From NCBI GenBank assembly GCA_965267335.1, contig OZ253953.1, positions 4,270,707-4,334,706 on the forward strand: DNA of 64,000 bases, read 5' to 3'. The position numbers were made by a program, and so were the translations under genes. The notes under the pieces were generated by a model. That model made no database searches and had not been told where the DNA came from. It saw only the letters and a program-made list of their open reading frames with translations. Shown one piece after another: positions 20,345 through 31,372 of the stretch. The stretch is from Cytophagales bacterium. GTDB lineage: Bacteria > Bacteroidota > Bacteroidia > Cytophagales > JAAEPT01. Within the stretch, counting starts at the first letter, position 1. Each line of letters opens with the position of its first letter.

Positions 20345-21436
20345 CTATTTATTGGTTCCGGTATTAATTAAAACACCTTTATCGTTTAATGAAATTAGCT
20401 TCGACCAGACTGCTTTGGTGATAACTTCATCTCCCTCATTCAATCCTTCGGAAATGACACTCTGGTTATCGTAGGACAGTGCTAATTTTACAGGTTGCTT
20501 AATCGCTCTACTACCATTCTTCCCTCCTACTTTGTAGACAAAACTTACGTTTCCAGATCTCTGAACAATGTCTGTAGGCACAATCACCTGTCCTTCTTTC
20601 TTTTCGAGAATCAGTTCAACAATAGCAAAAAGGTTAGCAGGATAATCCTTGTTCTTGGTATCAAGGTTAGCTTGAATCTTAAAGGTTCTGTTACTGTTAT
20701 CGATAAAATTACTCTTGTAAGAAATAACTGTTTTTAATTTTTCATCACCGAAAGTTGGAAATGTAATCTGTACTGAATCACCTTTTTGAACTTTACGATA
20801 ATACGCTTCAGAAACATCACACTCCACATAAGCCCCACTATTCGTATTAATAATTCTAGCCAATGGCATTTGTACACTTGCCATTTCGCCTTGTTTAGGG
20901 AAAATTTTATCTACCCTTCCTGATATTGGAGCTCTTACGATCGCTTTTCCTATCTGTGAGTCAATGGTTCTAATCCGTTGCTCCAATGACTCCTTGTTGG
21001 TTTTGGCCTGTAAGTATTGTACTTCTGATCCAACTTTGCTATCGTACAAAGACTTTTGCTTCTTGAAGATTTCTTCGGCAAGCTCCAACTGAGTTTTCAA
21101 TTCCTCTTTATTCTTGTACAGAATTTCAGTATCCAGCCTGGCTAGCACAGTTCCTCTGGTCACAGCCTGTCCTTCCCTTACATTTATAGACCTGATAATT
21201 CCATTGATTTCAGGAACTACAGTAATGTTATTTCCCGACTCGACAAAACCATGAACTTCAACGGTTTTAACAAAGTCTTGTTTTTTAACCTTAATAGAGG
21301 TTACAGCCTGGGGCTTTTCCTTTTTCTCAACAACTTTTTTCTTTTCTATTGTGGTATCTTCCGGAGCTTCTCCACCACCCCCACATGCTGCAAGAAAAAG
21401 TGTACTTGCTAGAATAGTATTGCTAAAAATTTTCAT
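20345..21436 (-). CDS. RND efflux periplasmic adaptor (MFP), lipoprotein
   Basis: LAAC lipobox, VREGQAV and VRAPISG lipoyl-like halves, GLNEGDEVI. Confidence 0.93.
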   Translation of the reverse strand: MKIFSNTILASTLFLAACGGGGEAPEDTTIEKKKVVEKKEKPQAVTSIKVKKQDFVKTVEVHGFVESGNNITVVPEINGIIRSINVREGQAVTRGTVLARLDTEILYKNKEELKTQLELAEEIFKKQKSLYDSKVGSEVQYLQAKTNKESLEQRIRTIDSQIGKAIVRAPISGRVDKIFPKQGEMASVQMPLARIINTNSGAYVECDVSEAYYRKVQKGDSVQITFPTFGDEKLKTVISYKSNFIDNSNRTFKIQANLDTKNKDYPANLFAIVELILEKKEGQVIVPTDIVQRSGNVSFVYKVGGKNGSRAIKQPVKLALSYDNQSVISEGLNEGDEVITKAVWSKLISLNDKGVLINTGTNK

Positions 21437-21464
21437 CTCAGTAGTATTTATTTAGGTACGGTGA

Positions 21465-22808
21465 TTATTCTGTGTATAATTTTCCTAATGCTTTGTCTAA
21501 ATTCATTTTGGCCATCAAAGCATCATAAATGGCCGAGTTGTAATTACTTTTTGCCTGTTTGAGCGAGCCTTCGGCCTCAACGACCTCAAGGTTTGAGCCG
21601 ACTCCTGCCTTGTACTTTATCTTAGTTGTGTTGTATACTGACTCCGCCAGTTCTACATTTCTTTCGTATGATTTCATCGTGCTCAGGGCATTCTCTAATT
21701 GATTTTTGTATTGCGCAACCTCGAATGAAATACTCAGCTCCAGCATTTTCAGATCATTTTCTGTTTTATCGACACTTGTTTGTGCCTGAGCCATTCTATG
21801 CTTTCTTGTAAATCCACTAAAAATTGGAACTTGTATACTGACACCGAACATTGCGTACTCTCTCCAGTTACTCGTTTGAAACCACTCACCTAGTTCATTT
21901 TGACCGGTATTATATCCTGCGCTTAAAAATGCTCCCGCACTTGGGTACGCCATTACTTTGTATCGCTTACGATCAAGTTCATGCAACAACTTTTGACTTT
22001 CCAGCAACCGGTACTCGATTCTGCTCTCAAAATTTGGAGAAACATCACCGGGTGAAGATAGTGAACTCTTTAACCCCTCCAGATCATCAGTCAATGTTAC
22101 CTCCATATCCAGTGGCATACCCATTTGGAATTTCAGAAGCTGCATTGATGTTTCATTCAGCCTTTTCACTTTATCAATTTCAATATTGGTATTATTCAGG
22201 TTCACCTCGATTCTATCAACATCCAATTTCTCGACAAAACCATTTTCATACATGATTCTGGTATCTCTCAATAAGCTATCAAGCGTCCCTTTATTGGTCT
22301 GTAGAAATTCTAACTGCTCCTGACCTACCAGCACCATGTAATAGGCGGAAGTAACATTCTTCGCAACCTCAATTTTGCTTTGAGTAATCGATCGTTTTGA
22401 AAGCTCCTTGTATGCTCTTGCTGCCTCCAGACCTACAAAAAAAGTACCATCAAAAATCAATTGGTTAACTGTTACATTAGCATTGCCGCTGTACTGAAGT
22501 CCGAATGCCAATGGAACAATTTCATCAGCCGGAGCTGAAGGGTTGAATATATTTGCTGGCAGGAATTGACTCTGGATGGCGAGGTTATCTACAAAATCCA
22601 ATTTACCATTGACCTGCGGGAGTCCGGTACCGATTGTCTCTTTGATTCTGGAATCAGCCCCATCTGCATCCAATTGCGCATTCTTGATAGAATTATGATT
22701 GTCTATTCCATACTTAATACACTGCTGAAGTGAATAAGAAGAACTGTCCTGCCCCACGACCAAGCGGGACAATAATATTACAGCGGCAAGTGCTAGTATC
22801 TTTTTCAT
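21465..22808 (-). CDS. TolC family outer membrane protein
   Basis: OEP-type helical repeats (YSLQQCI, VPIFSGF, KYKAGV); operon context. Confidence 0.92.
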   Translation of the reverse strand: MKKILALAAVILLSRLVVGQDSSSYSLQQCIKYGIDNHNSIKNAQLDADGADSRIKETIGTGLPQVNGKLDFVDNLAIQSQFLPANIFNPSAPADEIVPLAFGLQYSGNANVTVNQLIFDGTFFVGLEAARAYKELSKRSITQSKIEVAKNVTSAYYMVLVGQEQLEFLQTNKGTLDSLLRDTRIMYENGFVEKLDVDRIEVNLNNTNIEIDKVKRLNETSMQLLKFQMGMPLDMEVTLTDDLEGLKSSLSSPGDVSPNFESRIEYRLLESQKLLHELDRKRYKVMAYPSAGAFLSAGYNTGQNELGEWFQTSNWREYAMFGVSIQVPIFSGFTRKHRMAQAQTSVDKTENDLKMLELSISFEVAQYKNQLENALSTMKSYERNVELAESVYNTTKIKYKAGVGSNLEVVEAEGSLKQAKSNYNSAIYDALMAKMNLDKALGKLYTE

Positions 22809-23422
22809 ACTTTGAATTGATCTTTTGATTTGTATTGTTCAATTAGTTGGGCACCTTCGGGAGTCACAATTCCCATGACAAAATGCCAGAAAAATTCCAT
22901 TTGTACCTCCAGCAGGTTAAATGCCGTAGGCGGAAAAACCTGCGGATTAAAAGCCAACTGGATTTGCTCCATTCTTAATTTTGCTAAAATCGTTTCATTA
23001 ACTTCCTTTCGGTAATAACCCTGTTCTTTACCCTTGACCATATTGTCAACAACAGTCTTAAAAATACAGGCCTCTTTATGCTCGGCAAATTTTTGAAATG
23101 CTTTAGGATGATATTTCTGAAGATCAAACAGCACTGAAGGGTTCATATTTACCATGTTGGCCCTGATGAACTGAGAAATGCGCATCATCTCGTCTATGGC
23201 ATTCTCTGATTCTTTGATGATAGCATCAATCTCACTCTGTTCCCGTATCATGTGAGCATCAGTCACCGTAATTACGAGGTCATCCTTGTCCTGAAAATGC
23301 TGGTATATAGTTTTCTTAGATATGGAAAGATGGCTGGCTATATCATCCATCGTAATGCTCTTGATCCCATACCTCAAAAACAATTCGTCTGATCCGGTTA
23401 TTATTCTTTCTCTTACTTCCAA
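22805..23422 (-). CDS. TetR/AcrR family regulator
   Basis: ITMDDIASHLSISKKTIYQHFQDK helix-turn-helix. Confidence 0.95.
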   Translation of the reverse strand: MEVRERIITGSDELFLRYGIKSITMDDIASHLSISKKTIYQHFQDKDDLVITVTDAHMIREQSEIDAIIKESENAIDEMMRISQFIRANMVNMNPSVLFDLQKYHPKAFQKFAEHKEACIFKTVVDNMVKGKEQGYYRKEVNETILAKLRMEQIQLAFNPQVFPPTAFNLLEVQMEFFWHFVMGIVTPEGAQLIEQYKSKDQFKV

Positions 23423-23446
23423 CTTTCCTTTATAAATTGGGTGGCT

Positions 23447-23488
23447 AAACTATGGAAACTTTTATCAACCTCAAAGTTTCCTTAGTTT
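23447..23488. promoter_or_regulatory. Probable TetR operator
   Basis: AAACTATGGAAACTTT-N10-AAAGTTTCCTTAGTTT: 16 bp arms with one mismatch, just upstream of tetR. Confidence 0.7.
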
Positions 23489-23586
23489 TTTATTTACTTT
23501 TTTTGATATTTCAAGCGTGGAATCAAGCAATTTTGTAAATTATTGTTTATCAAAATCCTGAGATTTAAAGAGTAAGGCTTCATTCG

Positions 23587-25908
23587 TTGAGTAACAAAAA
23601 TTTATTTTCTGACCCCGTTTCAATAGCTAGTGCTATCAAAAATATACTGGGAGACATCTCCGAGTATATTACCTTGGTGGACAAGGACGGTATTATGCGT
23701 TTTGCTTCCCGTGCTGATTTTGGACTCACTGTAGAAGATTTGGTTGGTACCCACTATACCAAAATCGTACTTCCTGAACACCAGGAAGAAGCCATTACAA
23801 ACTTCAACAACGCACTAAATGGAAAAACGGGAATCCATATGGCGGAGGTCGGGTTTCCTGATGGGAGCATACAATGGTTTGAAAGCACCTGGAAACCACT
23901 TTACAGCGAGAATAATACTATCGAAGGTGTTGCAATTCTCAGCAAGAATATCACCAAAACCAAAGTGCTTGCGCTGGCAATCAAGGAAAGTGAAGAACGC
24001 TTTAAAAAATTAGTTGAGTCTGCAAGTGACATAATTTACAGCTGCGATGCTTATGGACACTTGACGTACATTAACCCTGTTGCTGCTGAATTGATGGGGT
24101 TCAAAAATGATGACTATATAGGGGTTCATTTCAGCGAAGTAATACGACCTGATTATCGGGAAGCTGTGACTACATTTTATAAACAGCAATTTGATAACAG
24201 AACCGTAAACACTTACAACGAGTTTCCTGTTGTCACCAAATTAGGTGATGAACTCTGGCTAGGTCAAAACGTACAAATCAAAACTGATGGTGACTACGTT
24301 ACAGGGTTTCAGGCCTTAGCAAGGGATATAACCGAAAGAAAACATTTTGAAAAGATGCTGATTGAGGCCCGAACCAAAGCCATTGAATCTTCAAAAGCGA
24401 AGGAACAGTTCCTATCTGTAATGAGTCATGAAATCCGGACTCCTCTTAATGCTGTCATCGGGCTTACAAATCTGCTCCTCGAAGAACAACCTACTAAGAA
24501 ACAGCTTGAGCACTTGAGGGCGATCAAGTTCTCAGCGGATAGCTTATTGCATATCATCAATGACATACTCGACTTCTCAAAAATAGAATCCGGAAAAATA
24601 ACGCTTGAAAAAGAAGACTTTCGACTTGATCATCTGATTGATAGTATTCATAATGCTCTTCAAAGCGAAGCTGCGGGCAAAGGGATTCGTTTCGATACTA
24701 AATTGCACGATGAACTTCCTGATTCTGTAAATGGTGACAGCGTTCGGCTAAACCAGATATTACTCAATCTGGTTTCAAATTCAATCAAATTCACTCAAAA
24801 AGGTGGTATTCTATTGGAAGTTCTCCCATTAGAAAAGACGGACGAAGAATGGAAGATCCAGTTTATTCTAACTGATACGGGAATTGGCATCCCAAAAGAA
24901 AAGCTTGAAGCTATTTTTGACAGCTTTACACAGGCAAGCAAAGAAACCACACGGAAATATGGTGGAACCGGACTAGGACTTACCATCACCAAACAACTCA
25001 TTGAACTGCATGGTGGACAGATCGAGGTCGAAAGTGAAATTGGAAAGGGTAGCACCTTCAAGTTTGCATTGCGCTTTGGAAGAACAAGGGATAGCCTTGA
25101 ACTACCAAACAAAGACAGTGAAGTAGTTTATTTTAAGAAATTCAATTCAATAAAATGTTTGGTTGTCGAGGACAACAAAATGAATCAGTTGGTCGCTGGT
25201 AAGTACCTTGAGAAGTGGGGAATTGAATTTGACATTGCTGAAAATGGAGTAGAAGCAATCGTCAAGGTTCAGGATAATGACTATGACTTCATACTCATGG
25301 ACCTTGAAATGCCAGACCTGGATGGTTACCAGACTACGAAACATATCAGAGAAGATTTAGCTTCACCAAAAAGTAAGCTTCCCATAGTTGCAGTCACAGC
25401 AAGCGCATTCAACAATGTTAGAAACAAAGTACTTAGTAGCGGCATGAATGACTACATATCAAAACCATTTGAGCCGGCCATTCTTTACTCCAAAATCGCA
25501 AAAATCACTAATCAGAACTTCGATGAAGCTACAGCTATGGAAAAACATATTACCAACAAAAAGTCCAGCCTTATCGATCTGACCTACCTAAAGGAAGCTT
25601 CAGGTGGCGATACTCAGTTCATTCACAAAATGATAGAGACCTTTGTAAAACACTCACCCGACTATATTGAGAAGTTTCAGGACGCCCTTGATAAAGACAA
25701 TCTATCCGAACTAAAAAGAATTGCCCACAAGTATAAAGCAACCATAAGCATTGTAGGGATAAAAGTAATTGAACAACTAATTGAAAGGCTCGAGTCTAAT
25801 ATCAGCTCCAACAAAAACCTGGAAGAGATTCCGGAAATACTGGAAAAAATCACAGAGAACACTAAACTAGCTACGGAAGAACTCAACTCAGAAGTTTCAA
25901 GACTCTAA
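23587..25908 (+). CDS. Cytoplasmic PAS-PAS hybrid histidine kinase with receiver and HPt domains
   Basis: MSHEIRTPLN H-box, NLVSNSIKFT, DTGIG, GGTGLGL, VVEDN/LMDLEMP receiver, IAHKYK HPt. Confidence 0.93.
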   Translation: MSNKNLFSDPVSIASAIKNILGDISEYITLVDKDGIMRFASRADFGLTVEDLVGTHYTKIVLPEHQEEAITNFNNALNGKTGIHMAEVGFPDGSIQWFESTWKPLYSENNTIEGVAILSKNITKTKVLALAIKESEERFKKLVESASDIIYSCDAYGHLTYINPVAAELMGFKNDDYIGVHFSEVIRPDYREAVTTFYKQQFDNRTVNTYNEFPVVTKLGDELWLGQNVQIKTDGDYVTGFQALARDITERKHFEKMLIEARTKAIESSKAKEQFLSVMSHEIRTPLNAVIGLTNLLLEEQPTKKQLEHLRAIKFSADSLLHIINDILDFSKIESGKITLEKEDFRLDHLIDSIHNALQSEAAGKGIRFDTKLHDELPDSVNGDSVRLNQILLNLVSNSIKFTQKGGILLEVLPLEKTDEEWKIQFILTDTGIGIPKEKLEAIFDSFTQASKETTRKYGGTGLGLTITKQLIELHGGQIEVESEIGKGSTFKFALRFGRTRDSLELPNKDSEVVYFKKFNSIKCLVVEDNKMNQLVAGKYLEKWGIEFDIAENGVEAIVKVQDNDYDFILMDLEMPDLDGYQTTKHIREDLASPKSKLPIVAVTASAFNNVRNKVLSSGMNDYISKPFEPAILYSKIAKITNQNFDEATAMEKHITNKKSSLIDLTYLKEASGGDTQFIHKMIETFVKHSPDYIEKFQDALDKDNLSELKRIAHKYKATISIVGIKVIEQLIERLESNISSNKNLEEIPEILEKITENTKLATEELNSEVSRL

Positions 25909-26703
25909 TCGTTTTATTAAATCCTTTATCGACTTCTCAAGTAGCCCGGAGTGTGAAGCCTTTAGCTCAACCAATTCCACATTTTCTCTATCCCGCAGCT
26001 TTCTTCTTATTTTCTTGGTTCTGATAACTTTATCATATGCCCCCGTATAAATCAGCATTGGAATAGCCTCTGAAATTTTCTTATGTGCTGGCCTAAGCTT
26101 AGAAAATGTCACCCAGGTATTGTATACCCTTCTCCTTTGATCTTCAGTTCTCATTTCATTATTTGCAAATCTCAACAAACCGGGATCCACCAACTTAAGC
26201 TTCCTAAGGAAACTAACCAGACCAAGAAACAAACCAGGGTTCTTGATCGTGTAGCGAAATAGTCTCCGAAAGAACAATGGATAAGTTACCAAATTATAGA
26301 ATGTAGCAGTACAAATACCATCAGGAGCAATCAAGTACAATTCCCGTACGGCCTTCCCAAATCGTTGTGCAAGACACATAGCAATCCGACCACCTATACT
26401 AAACCCAACCAGAGAAAATTCACGAATTTGTTCCTGAGCCACAAAGCCTTTAAAAATTTCCGCCAAAAAATCTGCCGTCAAATATTTTTCACCGAAAGAC
26501 CATTTACTATCTCCGTGAAAAAAAAGATCAAAGGAATAGACTGTATAATCGTTCCCATTAAGGTGGCCATTTAATTGCTCAAAACTCTTGGACTCAAGGC
26601 CGAACCCATGAAAACAAAAGATAACTTTACTACCGTTACCCCACTTGTAGTATGCTATTGCTTCCGCCTTATATTTAAAAATCTCCTTCAAGGATAATCT
26701 CAA
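25897..26703 (-). CDS. Alpha/beta hydrolase
   Basis: FHGFG, GFSIGG nucleophile elbow, later Asp and His. Confidence 0.85.
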   Translation of the reverse strand: MRLSLKEIFKYKAEAIAYYKWGNGSKVIFCFHGFGLESKSFEQLNGHLNGNDYTVYSFDLFFHGDSKWSFGEKYLTADFLAEIFKGFVAQEQIREFSLVGFSIGGRIAMCLAQRFGKAVRELYLIAPDGICTATFYNLVTYPLFFRRLFRYTIKNPGLFLGLVSFLRKLKLVDPGLLRFANNEMRTEDQRRRVYNTWVTFSKLRPAHKKISEAIPMLIYTGAYDKVIRTKKIRRKLRDRENVELVELKASHSGLLEKSIKDLIKRLES

Positions 26704-26758
26704 TCTGGATATAGATTATTCGTAATTCTGAGTATTTTTGCCACTTAAATTGAATGAA

Positions 26759-28819
26759 ATGTCAGACAAATATAACAGGTATACGGTAACTTCAGCCCTT
26801 CCATATGCAAATGGACCGGTACATATAGGACACCTTGCAGGTGTATATGTACCAGCTGATATTTATGTGCGCTATCTGCGACTCATCAAGAAGGATGTGT
26901 TATTTGTCGGTGGTTCTGACGAGCATGGGGTACCCATTACGATTAGAGCAAAAAAGGAAGGAACCACTCCACAGGCTATCGTTGACAAGTATCATAACAT
27001 CATTAAAACATCATTTGAGGAATTTGGAATCTCATTTGATGTTTATTCCCGGACCTCAGCCGACATTCATAAAGAAACAGCCAGTGATTTCTTTCTCGAC
27101 CTCTATAAGAAAAATGAATTTGAGGTAAAATCCAGCGAACAGTTCTATGATGAAAAGAACAACGAGTTTCTGGCAGATCGATACATCAAAGGGGAATGCC
27201 CAAAATGTGGTAATAAAGAAGCTTATGGGGACCAATGCGAGCAATGTGGTTCAACGTTAAGCTCAGATGAATTAATAAACCCGGTTTCCGCATTGAGCGG
27301 AGAAGTACCTGTCAAAAAAGAAACCAAACACTGGTACTTACCCCTTGATAAGTATGAATCATGGCTAAAAAACTGGATTCTCAATGACCACAAAGAGTGG
27401 AAATCTAATGTTTACGGACAGTGCAAGTCATGGCTCGATCAGGGACTGCAGCCCAGAGCCGTAACGCGTGACCTGAACTGGGGAGTCCCCGTACCCCTGG
27501 AAGATGCTGATGGCAAAGTCTTGTATGTATGGTTTGATGCGCCAATCGGCTACATCTCAGCAACCAAAGAATGGGCCAATCGAGAGAACAAAAACTGGAA
27601 AGACTACTGGCAGAATGAGGAAACTCGTCTGATCCACTTTATCGGTAAAGACAACATAGTATTCCATTGCATCATATTTCCCGGCATGCTCAAGGCCCAT
27701 GGTGATTACATCCTCCCTGACAATGTTCCAGCCAATGAATTCCTGAATCTTGAAGGAGACAAAATTTCTACTTCCAGAAATTGGGCGGTATGGCTTCATG
27801 AATACCTGGAAGAGTTTCCCGGAAAACAAGATGCGCTTCGATATGCTCTTTGTGCCAACACTCCGGAAACAAAGGATAATGACTTTACCTGGAAGGATTT
27901 TCAGGCAAGAAACAACAACGAACTTGTAGCTATATACGGTAACTTCGTCAACCGGGCAGTTGTTCTCACGCATAAATATTTCGAAGGAAAACTTCCCGAA
28001 CGTGGTGAACTTTTTGATGTTGATAAGGAACTAATCTCAACAATTGAAGCGGCCCCTGGAAGAGTGAGTCAGAGTTTGGAAAACTTCAAATTCAGAGAAG
28101 CGCTTAGTAATTTAATTGATCTGGCACGAGCTGGAAATAAATATCTTGCTGACACCGAGCCTTGGCATCTTATCAAGACTGATGAAAGTAGGGTAAAAAC
28201 TATTTTGAATCTAAGCCTTCAAGTAGCAGCGAACTTAAGTATTCTAGCTAAACCGTTTCTCCCGTTTTCATCAGAAAAACTAGCGGGAATCCTCAACTTC
28301 AATTCTGAAGATTGGAATGTTACCGGAAGTTGTGATTTATTAAGTGCTGGTCATGGTCTTGAAAAAGCTCAACTGCTATTTGAAAAAATTGAGGATGACG
28401 CAATAGAACAACAAATCCAAAAATTGCGGGATACCGCTAAACAAAATAAAAACGAGTCTAAGCAACAAGTAACAAAGGATAACGATATGAAGAATGAAAT
28501 CAATTTTGATGATTTCGTAAAACTCGATATTAGAGTAGGAACCATTTTGGAAGCAGAGAAAGTAGAAAAAGCTGATAAGCTGTTGAAATTACTTGTGGAT
28601 TTAGGAGACGAAAAACGCACCGTGGTCAGCGGCATCGCCCAAAGCTACAATGCAGAAGACGTAGTAGGACAACAAGTTAGTTTATTGACCAATTTAGCTC
28701 CGAGAAAAATACGTGGTATCGTGTCTCAGGGAATGATCTTGATGGCTGAAAAAGAAGATGGCACACTATCCTTTGTGGCACCTGATAAGGCAGTAGAAAA
28801 CGGGGGTATTATCAGCTAA
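26759..28819 (+). CDS. metG: Methionine--tRNA ligase with C-terminal tRNA-binding domain
   Basis: [15 protein letters not shown]...CEQC zinc knuckle, KISTSR. TATTTTTG at 26733 favours ATG 26759. Confidence 0.97.
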   Translation: MSDKYNRYTVTSALPYANGPVHIGHLAGVYVPADIYVRYLRLIKKDVLFVGGSDEHGVPITIRAKKEGTTPQAIVDKYHNIIKTSFEEFGISFDVYSRTSADIHKETASDFFLDLYKKNEFEVKSSEQFYDEKNNEFLADRYIKGECPKCGNKEAYGDQCEQCGSTLSSDELINPVSALSGEVPVKKETKHWYLPLDKYESWLKNWILNDHKEWKSNVYGQCKSWLDQGLQPRAVTRDLNWGVPVPLEDADGKVLYVWFDAPIGYISATKEWANRENKNWKDYWQNEETRLIHFIGKDNIVFHCIIFPGMLKAHGDYILPDNVPANEFLNLEGDKISTSRNWAVWLHEYLEEFPGKQDALRYALCANTPETKDNDFTWKDFQARNNNELVAIYGNFVNRAVVLTHKYFEGKLPERGELFDVDKELISTIEAAPGRVSQSLENFKFREALSNLIDLARAGNKYLADTEPWHLIKTDESRVKTILNLSLQVAANLSILAKPFLPFSSEKLAGILNFNSEDWNVTGSCDLLSAGHGLEKAQLLFEKIEDDAIEQQIQKLRDTAKQNKNESKQQVTKDNDMKNEINFDDFVKLDIRVGTILEAEKVEKADKLLKLLVDLGDEKRTVVSGIAQSYNAEDVVGQQVSLLTNLAPRKIRGIVSQGMILMAEKEDGTLSFVAPDKAVENGGIIS

Positions 28820-29370
28820 CCATTAAAGAAGTTCATGGTACGCTCTATTCCTATGGTGCAGAAGGACTGAACGGACTCCACCGCTCTATCAATATGCGAT
28901 TTAATTGTGTCCATTTCTTCAGAGGAGAAATTGCTCAGTACGTAGTCCACCTGATTTCCTTGAGAAAATTCAGAACCAACGCCAAAACGTAGCCTTGGAT
29001 AAACAGAGGTGCCCATCAACTCTTCTATATTTTTCAATCCGTTATGTCCTCCGCTTGAACCCTTTCCCTTCATCCGTAATTTGCCGTAAGGTAGATTGAT
29101 ATCATCGGTAATGATCAAAATATTCTCAGTAGGGATTTTGAGTTCCTGAGCCCAGTAGCGTACAGCTTTGCCACTCAGGTTCATGAATGTCGTTGGCTTG
29201 ATCAAATGTAGACTTCGCCCTTTGTGTTTTATCTCAGCGTAATCCGCGTATCGGGATGAAACAAATTGTTTATCGCCTATCAATTGATCCAATATTAAGA
29301 AACCTATGTTGTGCCTGGTCAGCTCATACTTTGGCCCTACATTACCAAGACCTACTATTAAATACTTCAT
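28816..29370 (-). CDS. pth: Peptidyl-tRNA hydrolase
   Basis: [30 protein letters not shown]. Confidence 0.97.
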   Translation of the reverse strand: MKYLIVGLGNVGPKYELTRHNIGFLILDQLIGDKQFVSSRYADYAEIKHKGRSLHLIKPTTFMNLSGKAVRYWAQELKIPTENILIITDDINLPYGKLRMKGKGSSGGHNGLKNIEELMGTSVYPRLRFGVGSEFSQGNQVDYVLSNFSSEEMDTIKSHIDRAVESVQSFCTIGIERTMNFFNG

Positions 29371-29380
29371 AATTAGATAT

Positions 29381-29413
29381 AAAAAAAACCCTAAAGAGTA
29401 ATTCTTTAGGGTT
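29381..29413 (-). terminator. Intrinsic terminator after rplY
   Basis: AACCCTAAAGA...TCTTTAGGGTT stem with poly-T on the minus strand. Confidence 0.75.
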
Positions 29414-29435
29414 CAATTTATGAATTAAATAAATC

Positions 29436-30080
29436 TTATTCTTCTCCGCCAGCTTCAGCAGCTTCAGCCGGTGCCTCCGCTCCTTCTTCTCCTTCTTCAA
29501 GTTCTGCCTCTTCTGCAGCTGCAGCAGATTTAAGAACTCTAGGAATAATGATCTGAACGATTGCTACACTTGGTGCATTAAGAATTTCAAAACCTTCGGT
29601 CTCAATGTCCTTAACCCTTGCAGCATTACCCAGCTCCAACTTCGATATATCAACCTTCACTGTTTCCGGAAGGTTAGCAGGAATGGCTCTTACTTTAAGT
29701 CTCTTGTTTTTAACATACACCTGACCACCAGCTTGAGCACCAGGAGCACTTCCAACAAGTTCTACCGGAATGTCGATAGTCACAGGCTTATCATCTTGAA
29801 TTTCAAGAAAGTCAGCATGAAGAATCACCTCACTTACCGGATGAAACTGTACATCCTGAAGAATACATTTCTTGCTGTTCCCTTCAATATTAAGGTTTAC
29901 AAGGTACGCATTGGGTGTATAAAGCAAATCTCTGAACAGGTACATAGGAGCATAAAAATGGATTGGGTTACCCTCTCCACCATAGATTACGCAAGGTACG
30001 TTTCCTTCTCTTCGAATCTTCTTTGTTTCAGCTTTCCCGTTACCTTCCCGGAAATACCCTAAAATTTCAGTCGTTTTCAT
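29436..30080 (-). CDS. rplY: 50S ribosomal protein L25 / general stress protein Ctc
   Basis: RREGNVPCVIYG, QDVQFHPV, HADF, acidic tail. Confidence 0.96.
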   Translation of the reverse strand: MKTTEILGYFREGNGKAETKKIRREGNVPCVIYGGEGNPIHFYAPMYLFRDLLYTPNAYLVNLNIEGNSKKCILQDVQFHPVSEVILHADFLEIQDDKPVTIDIPVELVGSAPGAQAGGQVYVKNKRLKVRAIPANLPETVKVDISKLELGNAARVKDIETEGFEILNAPSVAIVQIIIPRVLKSAAAAEEAELEEGEEGAEAPAEAAEAGGEE

Positions 30081-30104
30081 TTTATTCTAAATTATAAGAA
30101 TGAT

Positions 30105-31037
30105 CTATCCGATAAACAATGAACTAATAGACTCATAGTCATGGATTTTTCTAATCGCCTTTGCAAACAGATCACCAATGTTCAAAACTCTAATTTTCGA
30201 AGACTCTTGTCTTAAAGGAATCGAATTGGTTACAACCAGCTCCTCCAATACCGAGTTTTCAATATTTTCGTATGCACCACCTGAAAGTACCGGGTGAGAA
30301 CATATCGCTCTAACTGAAGTAGCACCTTTTTCTTTAAGCAGGGCTGCTGCTTTACAAATGGTACCTCCAGTATCAATTAAATCGTCAACGAGAACAACAT
30401 CACAACCTTCCACACTGCCTATTAGTTGCATAGAAGCTACTTGATTGGCTCTCTCACGATGTTTATCACAAACAACAAGATCAAGGCCCATATGCTTTGC
30501 ATAGGCTCTTGTTCTCTTTACTCCTCCAACATCAGGAGAAGCGAATTTCATATTGTCAAGGTTCAGAGACTCCAGGTAAGGCACAAAAACAGATGCACCA
30601 TCAAAGTGATCTACTGGAAAATCAAAGAAACCTTGAATCTGATCAGCATGTAAATCACAGGTCATCAACCTGTCGGCTCCTGCAGCAGCTAACATATTCG
30701 CCACTAGCTTGGCAGCAATGGTAACCCTGGGCTTGTCTTTTCTATCTTGCCTTGCGTAACCGAAGTAAGGCACCACAACAGTGACATACCTGGCTGAAGC
30801 TCTTCGTGCAGCATCAACCATCAAAAGCAATTCCATGAGATTATCAGCTGGAGGAAAGGTAGACTGAACTATGAATACATCACTCCCTCTTACTGACTCA
30901 TTGAAATGAGCAGAAAGCTCGCCATCACTAAATCTGTCAATGGAAACATCCCCTAAGGTTGTTCCATAGGCTGCCGCAATCTCTTCTGCTAAGTATTGAG
31001 ACGCGGTACCTGAAAATATTTTTACTGATGACTTCAC
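30105..31037 (-). CDS. prs: Ribose-phosphate pyrophosphokinase
   Basis: FSDGE, YARQDRK, DLHADQIQGFF, SPDVGG, VDDLIDTGGT. Confidence 0.98.
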   Translation of the reverse strand: MKSSVKIFSGTASQYLAEEIAAAYGTTLGDVSIDRFSDGELSAHFNESVRGSDVFIVQSTFPPADNLMELLLMVDAARRASARYVTVVVPYFGYARQDRKDKPRVTIAAKLVANMLAAAGADRLMTCDLHADQIQGFFDFPVDHFDGASVFVPYLESLNLDNMKFASPDVGGVKRTRAYAKHMGLDLVVCDKHRERANQVASMQLIGSVEGCDVVLVDDLIDTGGTICKAAALLKEKGATSVRAICSHPVLSGGAYENIENSVLEELVVTNSIPLRQESSKIRVLNIGDLFAKAIRKIHDYESISSLFIG

Positions 31038-31089
31038 TTATATAGCCACTCTTTAGATAAAATAGTCCTCACACTATGAGGACCGAAAG

Positions 31090-31162
31090 TTGCCCGACTA
31101 GGGCTCGAACCTAGACTCTTCTGAACCAAAATCAGACGTGTTGCCAGTTACACCATCGGGCA
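31090..31162 (-). tRNA. tRNA-Gln(TTG)
   Basis: TGCCCGA/TCGGGCA acceptor stem, TCTGA-TT-TTG-GT-TCAGA anticodon arm, GGTTCGAGCC T-arm. Confidence 0.97.
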
Positions 31163-31169
31163 ATAAAAC

Positions 31170-31298
31170 TGCTCAAACATTACTTCGAGCTTATATTTTA
31201 CCGAAATTTTTGGTCCGATTTGAAAATCAGACCTGCCTGTCGGCAGGCAGACGAGTTATCCAAGTTGTCCACCCTTGGAGATTCACACCATTAGGCAC
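31170..31298 (-). pseudogene. Degenerate tRNA-Gln duplicate interrupted by short palindromes
   Basis: Segments AAAATCAGAC, GAGTTATCCAAGTT and ACACCATTAGGCA are collinear with the adjacent tRNA (AAAATCAGAC-GTGTTGCCAGTT-ACACCATCGGGCA). Confidence 0.65.
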
Positions 31299-31314
31299 AC
31301 AAAATTTGGGAGTG

Positions 31315-31322
31315 CAAATTTA
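31315..31322 (-). promoter_or_regulatory. -7 promoter element (TAAATTTG) for the tRNA-Gln-prs unit
   Basis: TAnnTTTG match immediately upstream of the pseudo-tRNA. Confidence 0.65.
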
Positions 31323-31372
31323 TATTTTTAATGTTTTAAAACAAAGTCACCGCATTATTCTTTTTGAGAAAC

